Virus record (IMG/VR): IMGVR_UViG_3300015207_000448
Direction: 5' to 3' (one strand)
Length of the DNA: 64,000 bases
DNA from: a virus
Lineage: Duplodnaviria; Heunggongvirae; Uroviricota; Caudoviricetes
The notes beneath the pieces were generated by a model. It was given only the letters and a program-made list of their open reading frames with translations, had not been told where the DNA came from and made no database searches. The translations under genes and the position numbers were made by a program. Shown here in pieces: positions 39,610 to 49,428 of this stretch. How positions within the stretch are numbered: position 1 is the first letter of the stretch; every line of letters starts with the position of its first letter.

Positions 39610-42600
39610 TTATCCGTTTTGAGTTGCAAGGCCATTGAGCATCATTACACCGTCACCGGCGGCTTCATAAAGCGCATAGGCTACTTCACGTTTCATTCTG
39701 TCGATTATAGCCACATTATCAGGGTTAGTGAGGTCAATAGAATCGACCTTCATCAAATTTTGGATATTGATATTTATCTGCTTCGGCACAGCACGTTCTT
39801 TCTTGCTGGATTTGTAGTCGGATGTCTTTGTGCCAGTTCTACCGCCGCCTCCATCTGCGGTTCCAGTTGGGTTATTGCCTCCAATGCCTGTTACAGCAGG
39901 AGCCTTGACAACATTACCCATCTGCTGAGGTGTCATTGTTACTCCCGTTGTATTATACTGCATCGCAGGAGTTTGTAATGACTGCCCTTGATTCCAATTC
40001 GGCCACCAGCTATAATTATTGCCGCTTGAAGAGTTGGTCAGAGGGTTCCACAACATAGTGTTAAAATTATATGGGTCTGCCGTAGAGCCACTAACAAAGC
40101 CCCCCCAGTTATACGGGCTTGAATTATCAAAATAAGTAGAGCCTCCTGATTGCCATGTTGTCGGGAACATTACCGGCCATTCAGAGTTTACCGTCTGAAC
40201 AGTTGTCAACAACGTGTTCATGTTGTTCGAGAAATCAATCAAGCCCTGTGAGATTTCAGCCGGTTGATTGTTGTCGTCAATCAATTGCCAAGTCTGAGAA
40301 GCTGAGTTCCATCTCCACTTTTGACCATTTATTGTGCGAATCTCACCTTCAAAAGCTCCTGAAATGGCTTCATTCTGACCGATAAATGACTGCGCCAATG
40401 TCAACAATGTGTTTGCGTATGTTTGCAAACCCTGCGTAGCTGGGTCAGATTCAAGACCAAGTTTCTGAATTGACTCCAACAGACGCTCCATCTGTCCAGC
40501 GGCAGTTTGAGCCATAACCTCAGGGGTTTCACGCCCACTGGGGTCACGCCACACACCATCGCCATAATAACCCATATTGCGGTACCAACCAGAGACATCG
40601 TTGGGGTTGTAATCAGCAAGTGTTTGCCCAAGAATATCATAATCGCCCCAACGTAGAGCTTTTACAACATCAAGTTCAGTGAGGGTACCAGCTTCAAGTT
40701 TGGTTTTGAAATCAGCAATGGCATTTTGCGCCTCTACCAATTGATGCAACGAAGACCATAGAAGTTGAGAACCTATATAAGATTGAGCAATCTCTTCTCC
40801 ATTCCAGTGTTTAGCAACATCGGTATCTTCATTCCACTGATTTGGACGTATTTTATTAGCCCATGATGACGGACCATAAGTAGATTCAAAAGTATCTCGC
40901 CAGTTTTGAGCGTCCAAAGCAGTGGCCTTGCCATAAAGCATTGATGCCAAACGGTGCTGATTCTCATCAATTATTTTAGATCTATATTGACCATGTAGTA
41001 ATTCCATCGCTGCTGCCGCATCATACATCACAGCATCGTTGGTATCACTTGTACCATCAGGATTGGCATAACGGATAACATTGCCGTTACCGTCCTTATA
41101 GAACCACCCGTCCTTGTTATTGTCATAAAATAATTTTAAGCCATACTGCTCACCATAGTTATTAAAGAGTTCTGCGGCTCTGGAGGCAGCCCCATAGCTT
41201 CCCCACATAGAGTCAGCTGCATAAAACCTATCATACATGGTTTTATAGACTTCATTGCCGACATCTTTTGTGGTGGTTTCATTGGGAGTTTCAATCCCCA
41301 ACAATTCCTTCATCAACTCAATACGACGCTGGATGAGGTCATTGATGTCGTAATTCTTACGCCATACGAACTCAAGATATTTTTCAGTCCGAGTGTTGCC
41401 ATTTGTCAAGGCCCCATCAAGTAATTGATGGCTTTGAGTAAACGAATTTACAAAACCTGACAAGGTATTAAGATTTGCATTAAAACTTGCAAATGATGCT
41501 GCCAAACCACCTAAAGCTAAACCGGCAGCGGCAATCCAACCAACGGGACCGCCAACCATTGCAGCCATGCCAGCGGCTGCAAATAAACCGCCAGACCACA
41601 TATCTGCGGTATTAGCGTCTTCTTTGGTCATCTGAGACATGCCAGCCATAGTTAAGCCAGCACCAACTCCCATACCAGCAAAACCTTTGACTCCATTCAA
41701 CGCTTGCATCTTAGCAACACGCCGATTAAAAGTCTTGCGATTTTGACGATATTGACGTAAATTGGCTTTATCCTCAGCCTGACGAGCTGCATATACGCCA
41801 CTGTTCCATGCCTGGAGCTCAGAACGTGGGACGCCTACATTATCTACGTTGTTTAAGTAATAGCCTTGTGTGGATGCGTGAGGACGTTTTAAGTTAAGTC
41901 CTTTGGTCGCCTTTATATATTGCTTATGGGTTAAGCCTGGCAATAGTGGGTTTCCAACTCCAAACATGGGAACACCGGCAACCCCACCAGAGGTTGCACT
42001 TCCAGTACCAACTAAGGCAGCAGTATTTATGTGAGCTGCACGATTAGCTAAAGCATTTAATCCCAGGACACCGCCCAATCGACTTGTGCCAAAATGCGTC
42101 ATCCAAGCTGTTCCAGCACCCCTAATAGCAAATGCAAGACTGCGAAATGCACCTGTCATGCCTGTGATAAAAAACGTAGCTTTACGTAAGCCCAACAGCC
42201 CTAAGAAAACACTCCTTAATGCAGTCACAGCCTTGACAACTGGCCATATCATCAATTGGAACTTAGCCCACATTTTTATTACCGGGCCAAACCAATCAAA
42301 GAATTTTGCGAACCATTTAGACGCATCAATCAGAACCTGCATCAGCTCCATCAAGCTATTTGCAACCTCACGAAATACCTCAGTTGCACGATCGCTTTTC
42401 AGCCATCCTATAGCAGAGTTCATCCAAGCACGCAGCCCTCCTTGAACACCGTTAAAAGCTGTCACGCCCTTATCAGTAAACACGGAAGTCAACTGTGCCC
42501 ACAAGCCTTGTAAAGTATTCTTTTTCTCATCTGCCAAACGAGCAGACATTCCGCTGGATAAGAAATTCTCAAGGTAAATCTTATCCCACTTGTCAACATG

Positions 42601-43899
42601 CGTAGCCAGTGCCACAGCTCCTGAAGCAGCTGTTTTATGGAACAGTTTGTAGAAAGCGTCAACTTCAAGATCTGCGTTATTGAGTTCCTTAAAGATTTGA
42701 AGAATATCTTTTCTGGAACCATCAGCATTAAGACGTTTTATGCCAAGTGAATCCCAAGCAGCCTGTTGCTTTTTTGTAGGATTCACTATATTTGCCATGA
42801 TGGTACGCAATGTGGTACCAGCCTGAGAGCCCTTGATACCAGCGTCACCAAGCACACCAATGGCAGCTGTAGCCTCTTGGAATGGCACATCACCAGCCGA
42901 CAAAAGAGATGCAGCGTATTTGTACGCCTCTGCAATTTCTGTCAAAGTTGTATTTGACATAGTGAACGTGTTCGTCATAATGTCTGCGGCATTACGCATC
43001 TTGCTTGGAGCAATGTTGTACGCAGTCATAATGTTTGTCACCAAATCTGCGGTCTGTCCCAAATCAGTATCACCAACCAATGCAATATCTGCGATGGGCC
43101 GGATTGCTTGTTGAATAGCCTCCAAATCAAGACCTGCCATCGCAAGGAATTTCGCGGCATCAGCAACCTCTGTCACCTTGAACTTGGTTTCCATACCGAC
43201 ATTTCGGACGGTCTGTGTCATGGAAGAGAAGCGGCCTGAGAAATTCTCCTTATCATCGTGAGATTTAAGGATATTCTCAACCGTCTTCATTAAGTTGTCG
43301 TATTCAGCTGCCTGATCAACAATGTTTGATACCATAGTACCCAACCCTGCGATACCATAGGCAATACCCATGCCCTTCAGCATATCAATTGCCATACCTC
43401 CATTATTAGGCAGAGGAGTTGGACCCCACAGTTTATAACCGAGATTTGCAGGTCCCGGTACTCTTGGGGCTGTGTATCTTGGCGTAGATGTGGTGCGAGG
43501 CGTGGTTCTGGTAGCTTGTGTAGTGGCTCGCCTACCAGTAGTTGCAGTTGACGCAGTTGTAGTTGCAGTTCTGGCTGTAGTTCGGCCCTTTTGAGTTGTA
43601 GCGCCAAGGGTTACACCCATAGCGTTGAGCTGTTGTACTTCAGCCTTTGCCATTTGCAAACCTCGAATCAGTTTGCCTATTTTCTGCGTTGCCGGGCGAG
43701 TATCAATCTTTACCGTGTACTTTCCTCGATTGAGCGCACTCATAGTCTCCACAAGTCCTCGAACCTTATTTTGAAGGTCAACAAGAGGTCTTGTAGCTTT
43801 GTCCATTGATGTCAAGGCGGTCTTAAATTGATTGATCGCCGTAAGAGCATTAGTAGCATTGACATCAACTATATAATTGACTTGGTAAGTCTGAGCCAT
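39610..43899 (-). CDS. Tail tape measure protein (TP901-type core)
   Basis: EVADAAKFLAMAG...LGDAGIKGSQAGTTLR; 1429 aa with hydrophobic Ala/Gly segments. Confidence 0.92.
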   Translation of the reverse strand: MAQTYQVNYIVDVNATNALTAINQFKTALTSMDKATRPLVDLQNKVRGLVETMSALNRGKYTVKIDTRPATQKIGKLIRGLQMAKAEVQQLNAMGVTLGATTQKGRTTARTATTTASTATTGRRATTQATRTTPRTTSTPRYTAPRVPGPANLGYKLWGPTPLPNNGGMAIDMLKGMGIAYGIAGLGTMVSNIVDQAAEYDNLMKTVENILKSHDDKENFSGRFSSMTQTVRNVGMETKFKVTEVADAAKFLAMAGLDLEAIQQAIRPIADIALVGDTDLGQTADLVTNIMTAYNIAPSKMRNAADIMTNTFTMSNTTLTEIAEAYKYAASLLSAGDVPFQEATAAIGVLGDAGIKGSQAGTTLRTIMANIVNPTKKQQAAWDSLGIKRLNADGSRKDILQIFKELNNADLEVDAFYKLFHKTAASGAVALATHVDKWDKIYLENFLSSGMSARLADEKKNTLQGLWAQLTSVFTDKGVTAFNGVQGGLRAWMNSAIGWLKSDRATEVFREVANSLMELMQVLIDASKWFAKFFDWFGPVIKMWAKFQLMIWPVVKAVTALRSVFLGLLGLRKATFFITGMTGAFRSLAFAIRGAGTAWMTHFGTSRLGGVLGLNALANRAAHINTAALVGTGSATSGGVAGVPMFGVGNPLLPGLTHKQYIKATKGLNLKRPHASTQGYYLNNVDNVGVPRSELQAWNSGVYAARQAEDKANLRQYRQNRKTFNRRVAKMQALNGVKGFAGMGVGAGLTMAGMSQMTKEDANTADMWSGGLFAAAGMAAMVGGPVGWIAAAGLALGGLAASFASFNANLNTLSGFVNSFTQSHQLLDGALTNGNTRTEKYLEFVWRKNYDINDLIQRRIELMKELLGIETPNETTTKDVGNEVYKTMYDRFYAADSMWGSYGAASRAAELFNNYGEQYGLKLFYDNNKDGWFYKDGNGNVIRYANPDGTSDTNDAVMYDAAAAMELLHGQYRSKIIDENQHRLASMLYGKATALDAQNWRDTFESTYGPSSWANKIRPNQWNEDTDVAKHWNGEEIAQSYIGSQLLWSSLHQLVEAQNAIADFKTKLEAGTLTELDVVKALRWGDYDILGQTLADYNPNDVSGWYRNMGYYGDGVWRDPSGRETPEVMAQTAAGQMERLLESIQKLGLESDPATQGLQTYANTLLTLAQSFIGQNEAISGAFEGEIRTINGQKWRWNSASQTWQLIDDNNQPAEISQGLIDFSNNMNTLLTTVQTVNSEWPVMFPTTWQSGGSTYFDNSSPYNWGGFVSGSTADPYNFNTMLWNPLTNSSSGNNYSWWPNWNQGQSLQTPAMQYNTTGVTMTPQQMGNVVKAPAVTGIGGNNPTGTADGGGGRTGTKTSDYKSSKKERAVPKQININIQNLMKVDSIDLTNPDNVAIIDRMKREVAYALYEAAGDGVMMLNGLATQNG

Positions 43900-43920
43900 A
43901 GTCTGATGAGTCTTTTACAA

Positions 43921-43927
43921 AGAATAG
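43921..43927 (-). promoter_or_regulatory. CTATTCT candidate late promoter (tape measure operon)
   Basis: 21 nt before ATG 43899, just downstream of a terminator hairpin. Confidence 0.55.
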
Positions 43928-43954
43928 AGAATGGAGGAATTTGTCGGTTAAAGA

Positions 43955-43990
43955 ATACCCTCACTGGATGAGAAATCACAGTGAGGGTAT
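43955..43990 (-). terminator. Terminator after the tail chaperone genes
   Basis: 12-bp arms ataccctcactg / cagtgagggtat followed by TCTTT on the minus strand. Confidence 0.65.
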
Positions 43991-44004
43991 CAACGAGTTA
44001 TGGA

Positions 44005-44196
44005 TTATAAACCTAAAGCATTGGCATGTCTTGTTATGACCATCTGATTGTGCATCCACTCGGCATCACAAACGAGCGTCGCAAATGTTTCATCGTCAAG
44101 TTCATTGATATTGACACCCGGAAAGTAATGTCTTAGGAGGATTAACTTATGACGAAAGTAATCATCCTCTTTTACTTCCCAGGCTTCGATAAATTT
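44005..44196 (-). CDS. Frameshift extension (GT-like) of the tail assembly chaperone
   Basis: -1 frame after A AAT TTA reads IEAWEVKEDDYFRHKLILLRHYFPGVNINELDDETFATLVCDAEWMHNQMVITRHANALGL*, with no usable ATG of its own. Confidence 0.8.
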   Translation of the reverse strand, partial: KFIEAWEVKEDDYFRHKLILLRHYFPGVNINELDDETFATLVCDAEWMHNQMVITRHANALGL

Positions 44197-44570
44197 ACAA
44201 GACGACCACCGCGCATCTTGATGAGATGCTGGAGCTGGCCCATCAAGCCAAAGAGGAACAAGTCATCGTCATCGATGAGTTCACGGTCGCCATCAACAAA
44301 ACAGTCGCGGGCGAGCTGGCGCATCGCATTTGCCTGGTCCTTCTGAGAGAGCGACAGATACTTGGAAAAGTTGATGAACGAGGGGCGAGAGAAATAGCCG
44401 ACATAGGCTTCCTTCTCATCAAAATCGGGTTCGCCCTCAACAACGAGGGGGACGATCTTTGCCTTGGGGTTATTTGCTTTCAGGTCAGCTACTTTCTTTT
44501 CGATGGTAGCCAACAGCTTGGGGTCGATATTCTCGACATCCACCATTTCGAGGGCTTCTTTGTCTTCCAT
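44172..44570 (-). CDS. Tail assembly chaperone (G-like)
   Basis: 132 aa between tube and tape measure; slippery heptamer near the 3' end. Confidence 0.8.
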   Translation of the reverse strand: MEDKEALEMVDVENIDPKLLATIEKKVADLKANNPKAKIVPLVVEGEPDFDEKEAYVGYFSRPSFINFSKYLSLSQKDQANAMRQLARDCFVDGDRELIDDDDLFLFGLMGQLQHLIKMRGGRLVNLSKPGK

Positions 44571-44604
44571 ATTGATGAATTTTATTAAAGTTTGTCTTCA
44601 TCAT

Positions 44605-44611
44605 AGAATAG
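44605..44611 (-). promoter_or_regulatory. CTATTCT candidate late promoter (chaperone gene)
   Basis: 34 nt before ATG 44570. Confidence 0.5.
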
Positions 44612-44710
44612 GTCATTTGATATTCAGTCAGGTGAAATTAGAGAAAGAAAATTGCGACACCGGGATTCCGATGCCGCAATCATTCACTCTAATAAACTCT
44701 ATGGAAGAAG

Positions 44711-45160
44711 TTATTTTGTGCTGAGCTCGATCTTGAACACGTTGAGGTCAAACTCGGTGGTAATATTGGTGTCATCCTGTGATACCGACATACCGTCCTT
44801 GTTAAACATACAACCCTTCAAGGTCACGGTCTCTGTGGAGAAGTCCTGAGAATTGAACTCGTTGGCGAAAGAGATTACAAGGTCAAACTCACCAAGAGCC
44901 ATCAGCGAGCCCTTGAGGGCACGGAGCTGAACCTGAGTGTTGTAGTCCATTGTAATTTTTGCCGAGTAGCGTGTGTTGCCAATTCCACGGTTCACAGGCT
45001 CACCGCCAAGTCCGTAATTGACTTCCACCTTCTTCTCACGTTCCCACTCAATAGCAGAGACACCTGCAAGGATGATGGGGTTAGGATTAGCTGACCCGGT
45101 AAGAGCCAGAGAGGTCAGCTGAACCATTGCCCATGAGTAAGCGACGTTGTTAATAATCAT
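44711..45160 (-). CDS. Tail tube protein
   Basis: 149 aa directly after sheath; YSWAMV...YGLGGEPVNRGIGN. Confidence 0.8.
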   Translation of the reverse strand: MIINNVAYSWAMVQLTSLALTGSANPNPIILAGVSAIEWEREKKVEVNYGLGGEPVNRGIGNTRYSAKITMDYNTQVQLRALKGSLMALGEFDLVISFANEFNSQDFSTETVTLKGCMFNKDGMSVSQDDTNITTEFDLNVFKIELSTK

Positions 45161-45176
45161 GGCCGTTGATAATTAG

Positions 45177-46511
45177 TTATTGCTGGCTGACATAGAGACC
45201 TTCCGTAACGTCGATAGACTCGGCACATCCCATCGGCACAATACCATACGAGAGGGTCAGCTTCTTGGTAACAAGGATATTCTGTTCAGCCGGTACCGTT
45301 ACGAAAGCGGTGCCGCTGATTTCCTCTGCGCTCTCCATCTCATTGAGTATGTCTTTGAGAAGATTCTCAAAAACAGTAACCTGAGCTGAAGAGAGATTGC
45401 CGTTAGAGGGATCAACTTTGATAGGTGAGTTCACGTAAGGCAACAACGCCAAACGGATGAGACGACGAGACTTGTTGATGGTTCGATTGCGGGAGATGGT
45501 GCAGAAGTCACCTGAAGAGCAAGTGTGATCATTTGCAAAGTAGGTGTGGCCTTCCAAACCCTCAAACACGCGGATGAAAACATAACCTGCCTCTTCAAGA
45601 GCGTTAAGCTGAGCCTTGCTGAGAGCCGAATAGCTGGAGCCGTTGGCAATGAGACCATCCGTAACAGTTGAATCACCGAAGCCCATTTCGATGGCCGGGA
45701 CATAGTTCACCAGGTCAAACTGACGCACCCAGCCGATTGATTCGCCCACTCCTGCCTGAGTAAGTGTGCCGAGAGCAAGACCGACGCAACCAACCGGAGT
45801 GGTGGATGCCAACGATGCCTGCATACGGCGAACCTGCTCTTCCATTGACTGTGACAAAAGAACTGTCACATAACGAGCGTCAATTACGCAAGAGGGGATC
45901 TGGCTTATCGCGATGGTGTCAGTGGTCTTAGTGCCGACCTTCACCTTAGATGTGTTTGCGCAAAGCAAAATAGACACAGGTGCAAAATATTCATCGGCAA
46001 GTTCGACTGCTACTCGGTTGAGGTCAGCAACAAGACCGATAGAATATGCGGTGGCTGCTTCATCAGGTTTGGTCCACAACTGCTGCTCAGTCCAGACACC
46101 AATCTGGAAAATAGAGCCAGTGGCTGCACGCTGCATCTCGATGAGGGCGTTCCAGTCCTTCGAGCAGTCAGCAAACATAACGAAGAGTCGGTCACTGCCA
46201 CCAGCCATATTGAAGAACTGACGGATGTGATAGTAAGGGATGCCGGAGAGCAAATCATTGCTCTCATTGGTTTCAGAGTCAATTTCACCTGTGTATGCGG
46301 TGATGCCAGCTTCCTCCGCTTCAGCAAGAGTGGTCAATTCTACAACTTTGTCCTTCCAGGTATCGGCAATCTGAGCACCTACACCCTTGGTCCAAAAGTC
46401 AGGCTGACCTGAAATGTCGAAAACAAGGCCACAGACATTCTCAATTGTGTTATTGCGCACAACGGGAATGTTGCCGTCTGTGTCTCGCATGAAAACGTTT
46501 CCTAAAGCCAT
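45177..46511 (-). CDS. Tail sheath protein (DUF2586-like)
   Basis: 444 aa; VGLALG, GESIGWV, RNRTINKSRR motifs. Confidence 0.8.
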   Translation of the reverse strand: MALGNVFMRDTDGNIPVVRNNTIENVCGLVFDISGQPDFWTKGVGAQIADTWKDKVVELTTLAEAEEAGITAYTGEIDSETNESNDLLSGIPYYHIRQFFNMAGGSDRLFVMFADCSKDWNALIEMQRAATGSIFQIGVWTEQQLWTKPDEAATAYSIGLVADLNRVAVELADEYFAPVSILLCANTSKVKVGTKTTDTIAISQIPSCVIDARYVTVLLSQSMEEQVRRMQASLASTTPVGCVGLALGTLTQAGVGESIGWVRQFDLVNYVPAIEMGFGDSTVTDGLIANGSSYSALSKAQLNALEEAGYVFIRVFEGLEGHTYFANDHTCSSGDFCTISRNRTINKSRRLIRLALLPYVNSPIKVDPSNGNLSSAQVTVFENLLKDILNEMESAEEISGTAFVTVPAEQNILVTKKLTLSYGIVPMGCAESIDVTEGLYVSQQ

Positions 46512-46529
46512 ATCTATGAATTGGATTTA

Positions 46530-46913
46530 TTATTTGTAAAAGGGATTCTGGTAGAGGACAGCTTCCTTGACAAATGCCTTAGGTGTGCTTGCGGGGAATA
46601 CACCGCCGAACTTGTCGATATATACTTCCTTATCCTCAGGATGGCGACGTAGATAAGCCAATGCTTTGTCAGGGATTATCGGAGTTGCGGACTCCTCGGC
46701 TGCTACTACCGGCGCCTGTTCAGGAGCCACGTCATCTTTTGGTTCTGTTGCCTCGTTATCGGAGACAGACTCATTTTCATGTTCAGGCTCTGTAGGGTCA
46801 GACTGAACGTTTTCGGCTGCGGGTGCTTCAGGGGTTTCCTCGATAGGAATTTCAACCTTTGTCACTTCAGGTGCTACCGCATCAGCCGGTTCTGTGGATT
46901 TCTTCTTAGCCAT
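46530..46913 (-). CDS. Hypothetical protein with acidic linker
   Basis: 127 aa between capsid and sheath. Confidence 0.55.
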   Translation of the reverse strand: MAKKKSTEPADAVAPEVTKVEIPIEETPEAPAAENVQSDPTEPEHENESVSDNEATEPKDDVAPEQAPVVAAEESATPIIPDKALAYLRRHPEDKEVYIDKFGGVFPASTPKAFVKEAVLYQNPFYK

Positions 46914-46936
46914 AGTTATAAAGTGTCTTTAATTGA

Positions 46937-46973
46937 AAAGAGGAGCGGAGTTTCGCTGCCTCCACTCCTCTTT
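46937..46973 (-). terminator. Terminator after major capsid gene
   Basis: aaagaggag...ctcctcttt inverted repeat. Confidence 0.55.
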
Positions 46974-46997
46974 CCGATGATACTTACTGTGTTCGGG

Positions 46998-48089
46998 TTA
47001 TGCGTTAGCGTATGGAGTCCACACCACCAACTCACCGGGTCGGACAAGGTTGATGTCCATCTTCATGCGCATCTGGAAGAAATACATCTCAGAATTAGCC
47101 TGAAGGCGCTCAACCTTTACGCTCTCTTCATCGGTGCTGTAGTCGATAGCCATCCAGAGGCAGGAGTCCTGATCGGTCGAGAACTTGCCGAAGAAGATGG
47201 TGGACTCAGGCAAACCGTCGATTACGACAATCTGCTTGCCCTTGAAGGTGCGCTTGTTGACGTCGGGGTTCTCAACGTACTTGAAGTCCTTCTGAGTGGT
47301 GAGGTACTGGTCGTACATGTCCCATACATCCCAGCCCATGACAAACTTGAGCTTCTTGGATTTGCGGACGTGTGCCGGGGTCTTCATCCAGATGGCGTAA
47401 AGGGCGTCTTCAACATCCTTACCATCCTTGAACTCAGCAGAACCGGCAAGGGTAACTCGACCGGAAGCAACTTCGTTCTTCTCGTCGTCAGTTGCGGTAC
47501 CGGCATCAAAAGCAGCCTGAGCCTTAAAGTTGGCAAGTACACGAGCAAGAGCACCGTCGAAGTATTTCATCAATCCGGCTGCGGTTGCGCCACCAAGTTG
47601 AGTGCTATTTGCGGGGCCAGTGATGCTGGCCGATACGCCACCCTTCTTGCCGCACCAGATGCAGTCGTTGATATACTGGTCTTTCTTGTCAAGAAGCAAA
47701 CGAAGCATCTTCGACTGTACCTCAGGAGCGAGCTCGCGGAATACAAGAGGACCTTCGGGCTGAGCAAAGCGCCAATATTCCTCAAAATCGCGGGGATTGA
47801 ACTCCAGGTAAACCATGAAGTCCTGGGGGTCGAGGTAACGTTCAGAGAGCTTATACTGGTTAAAACCGGTGTCGTCGTTGGCTGCGCCTTCGGCTGACGT
47901 GGGTGTGGGCTTGTTGTCCTGAATGATGGAGCCCAGCTGGATGTGAGGCAGAACATAGCGTTTCTGAATACCGGGCTTCACATGAACAAGACCAGCCTCG
48001 TAGGTCTCATTCCCCTTCGCGGTATAGACAAGGAGGTCTTCAAGTACCTCACCCGCGTAAGTGTTACCGGCAAAATTGATTGTTGCCAT
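46998..48089 (-). CDS. Major capsid protein
   Basis: 363 aa directly after protease/scaffold; strong codon bias; HK97-like size. Confidence 0.8.
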   Translation of the reverse strand: MATINFAGNTYAGEVLEDLLVYTAKGNETYEAGLVHVKPGIQKRYVLPHIQLGSIIQDNKPTPTSAEGAANDDTGFNQYKLSERYLDPQDFMVYLEFNPRDFEEYWRFAQPEGPLVFRELAPEVQSKMLRLLLDKKDQYINDCIWCGKKGGVSASITGPANSTQLGGATAAGLMKYFDGALARVLANFKAQAAFDAGTATDDEKNEVASGRVTLAGSAEFKDGKDVEDALYAIWMKTPAHVRKSKKLKFVMGWDVWDMYDQYLTTQKDFKYVENPDVNKRTFKGKQIVVIDGLPESTIFFGKFSTDQDSCLWMAIDYSTDEESVKVERLQANSEMYFFQMRMKMDINLVRPGELVVWTPYANA

Positions 48090-48106
48090 ATTGGTTTTGT
48101 TGGGGA

Positions 48107-49375
48107 TTAGTCAAATTTCTCGAATTTCACCTCACCCAGATGATCCTTGATGGCCTGCTTCATCTGCGCATCCACATCTTTCATAGTGTCCTCGATATGA
48201 GACACATTCTCCGGGTCTTTAGCGATTTCCTCTGTGATTTTCTCTCGTGCCTGGATTGATGCAAGAGTGGCTTTTACGGTGTCGAAGTTGCTTTGCGCCA
48301 TCGTCACCCAAGCGTCCTTTGCAGAAGCCTCAATTTTGCCAGCCTCGATAGCGGCGTCAACGACAGCCAGAATCTCAGCCTCGCGAGCTTTTTGCTCGGC
48401 ATCTTTGTACACCTGAAGCGAATCTTTGGTCTCTTTCAGTTCGCTCTGAACATTGGCGAGTTCGGCTTCCTTACCCTTGAGTTTGATCTTGGTTTCAGCA
48501 AGCTCACCCTGTACAGTTTTCAGGGTTGCCTCTGTGTTGATCAACTCGGCAATACGAGCATCAATCGCTGTGGTCGGAGTGTCCTTCGCGAGTCCAAGCT
48601 TCGCACATACGGCGTCGAAATTGAATGTTTCGTGATTTTCCATTTTATGTGGTTCTTGGATTTGTGAATTGTCCTTTCGATTACGAATAGCTTCCAGAGC
48701 TTCCAGAAGTTTATTTTCTTCAATTTCAGCTGAGACAGAAGACATTATATCACGCATTGAGGCGGCATCTTCGACGCCTTCAAGTTGACTCTTAACTTTG
48801 TCCCGGACTTTTTTGGAGGTCTTGATTACATTTTCCGCAGGGAGAAATCCAGCTTTCACAGCCTCTTTTGCACTGAAAAATGTTCCATCAGCGTCTCCCT
48901 CACCGTTCATAATGGCTTCAACTTTTTCTTTTGCCAAGCCGAAACGCTTTGTGTAAATTGTGGCAAGCTGAGAGCGAAACGCTTCTACGGTTTGTTTTAC
49001 CGATGGGTCTGCATCTTCAATTTTGCAATTGAATGGATTGTGAATCATCAGCAACGAATAATCGTGCATAAAGAGATTATCACCAGCAGCCCAAATAATG
49101 CTTCCCATTGAAGCAGCAATGCCTTCAATGACGCAATCGACTTCAATCGGGCAAGATCGTATGATTGAGAATGTACTCATTCCGTACAATACCGACCCGC
49201 CTTCAGAGTTAATCATCACGATAATTTTCGATGGCTTCACATAGTCTTGTAGCCAAAGAAACTCATCGTTAAAACTCTGGACGCTGCGTTCATCCACTGC
49301 TGTAAAGAAGCGGATAATAGCGGGTTGGCCTTGCTCGGCTCGCCCAACTATATATTTCAAATTTTCTACGTCCAT
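48107..49375 (-). CDS. ClpP-family prohead protease fused to scaffold
   Basis: NSEGGSV, GIAASMGS, LMIHNP; C-terminal coiled coil; likely start MDVENLK at 49375. Confidence 0.88.
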   Translation of the reverse strand: MDVENLKYIVGRAEQGQPAIIRFFTAVDERSVQSFNDEFLWLQDYVKPSKIIVMINSEGGSVLYGMSTFSIIRSCPIEVDCVIEGIAASMGSIIWAAGDNLFMHDYSLLMIHNPFNCKIEDADPSVKQTVEAFRSQLATIYTKRFGLAKEKVEAIMNGEGDADGTFFSAKEAVKAGFLPAENVIKTSKKVRDKVKSQLEGVEDAASMRDIMSSVSAEIEENKLLEALEAIRNRKDNSQIQEPHKMENHETFNFDAVCAKLGLAKDTPTTAIDARIAELINTEATLKTVQGELAETKIKLKGKEAELANVQSELKETKDSLQVYKDAEQKAREAEILAVVDAAIEAGKIEASAKDAWVTMAQSNFDTVKATLASIQAREKITEEIAKDPENVSHIEDTMKDVDAQMKQAIKDHLGEVKFEKFD

Positions 49376-49395
49376 TATCAGTTGGTCTTTTCCCA

Positions 49396-49402
49396 AGAAT
49401 AG
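49396..49402 (-). promoter_or_regulatory. CTATTCT candidate late promoter inside a 12-bp inverted repeat (49378-49417)
   Basis: 20 nt before ATG 49375. Confidence 0.55.
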
Positions 49403-49428
49403 AAGAAGACCAACTGATTGGGGGTAAA

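Noticed and set aside
46779-47897. 372-aa plus-strand ORF
   Set aside because: Antisense to the codon-biased capsid gene; typical shadow frame
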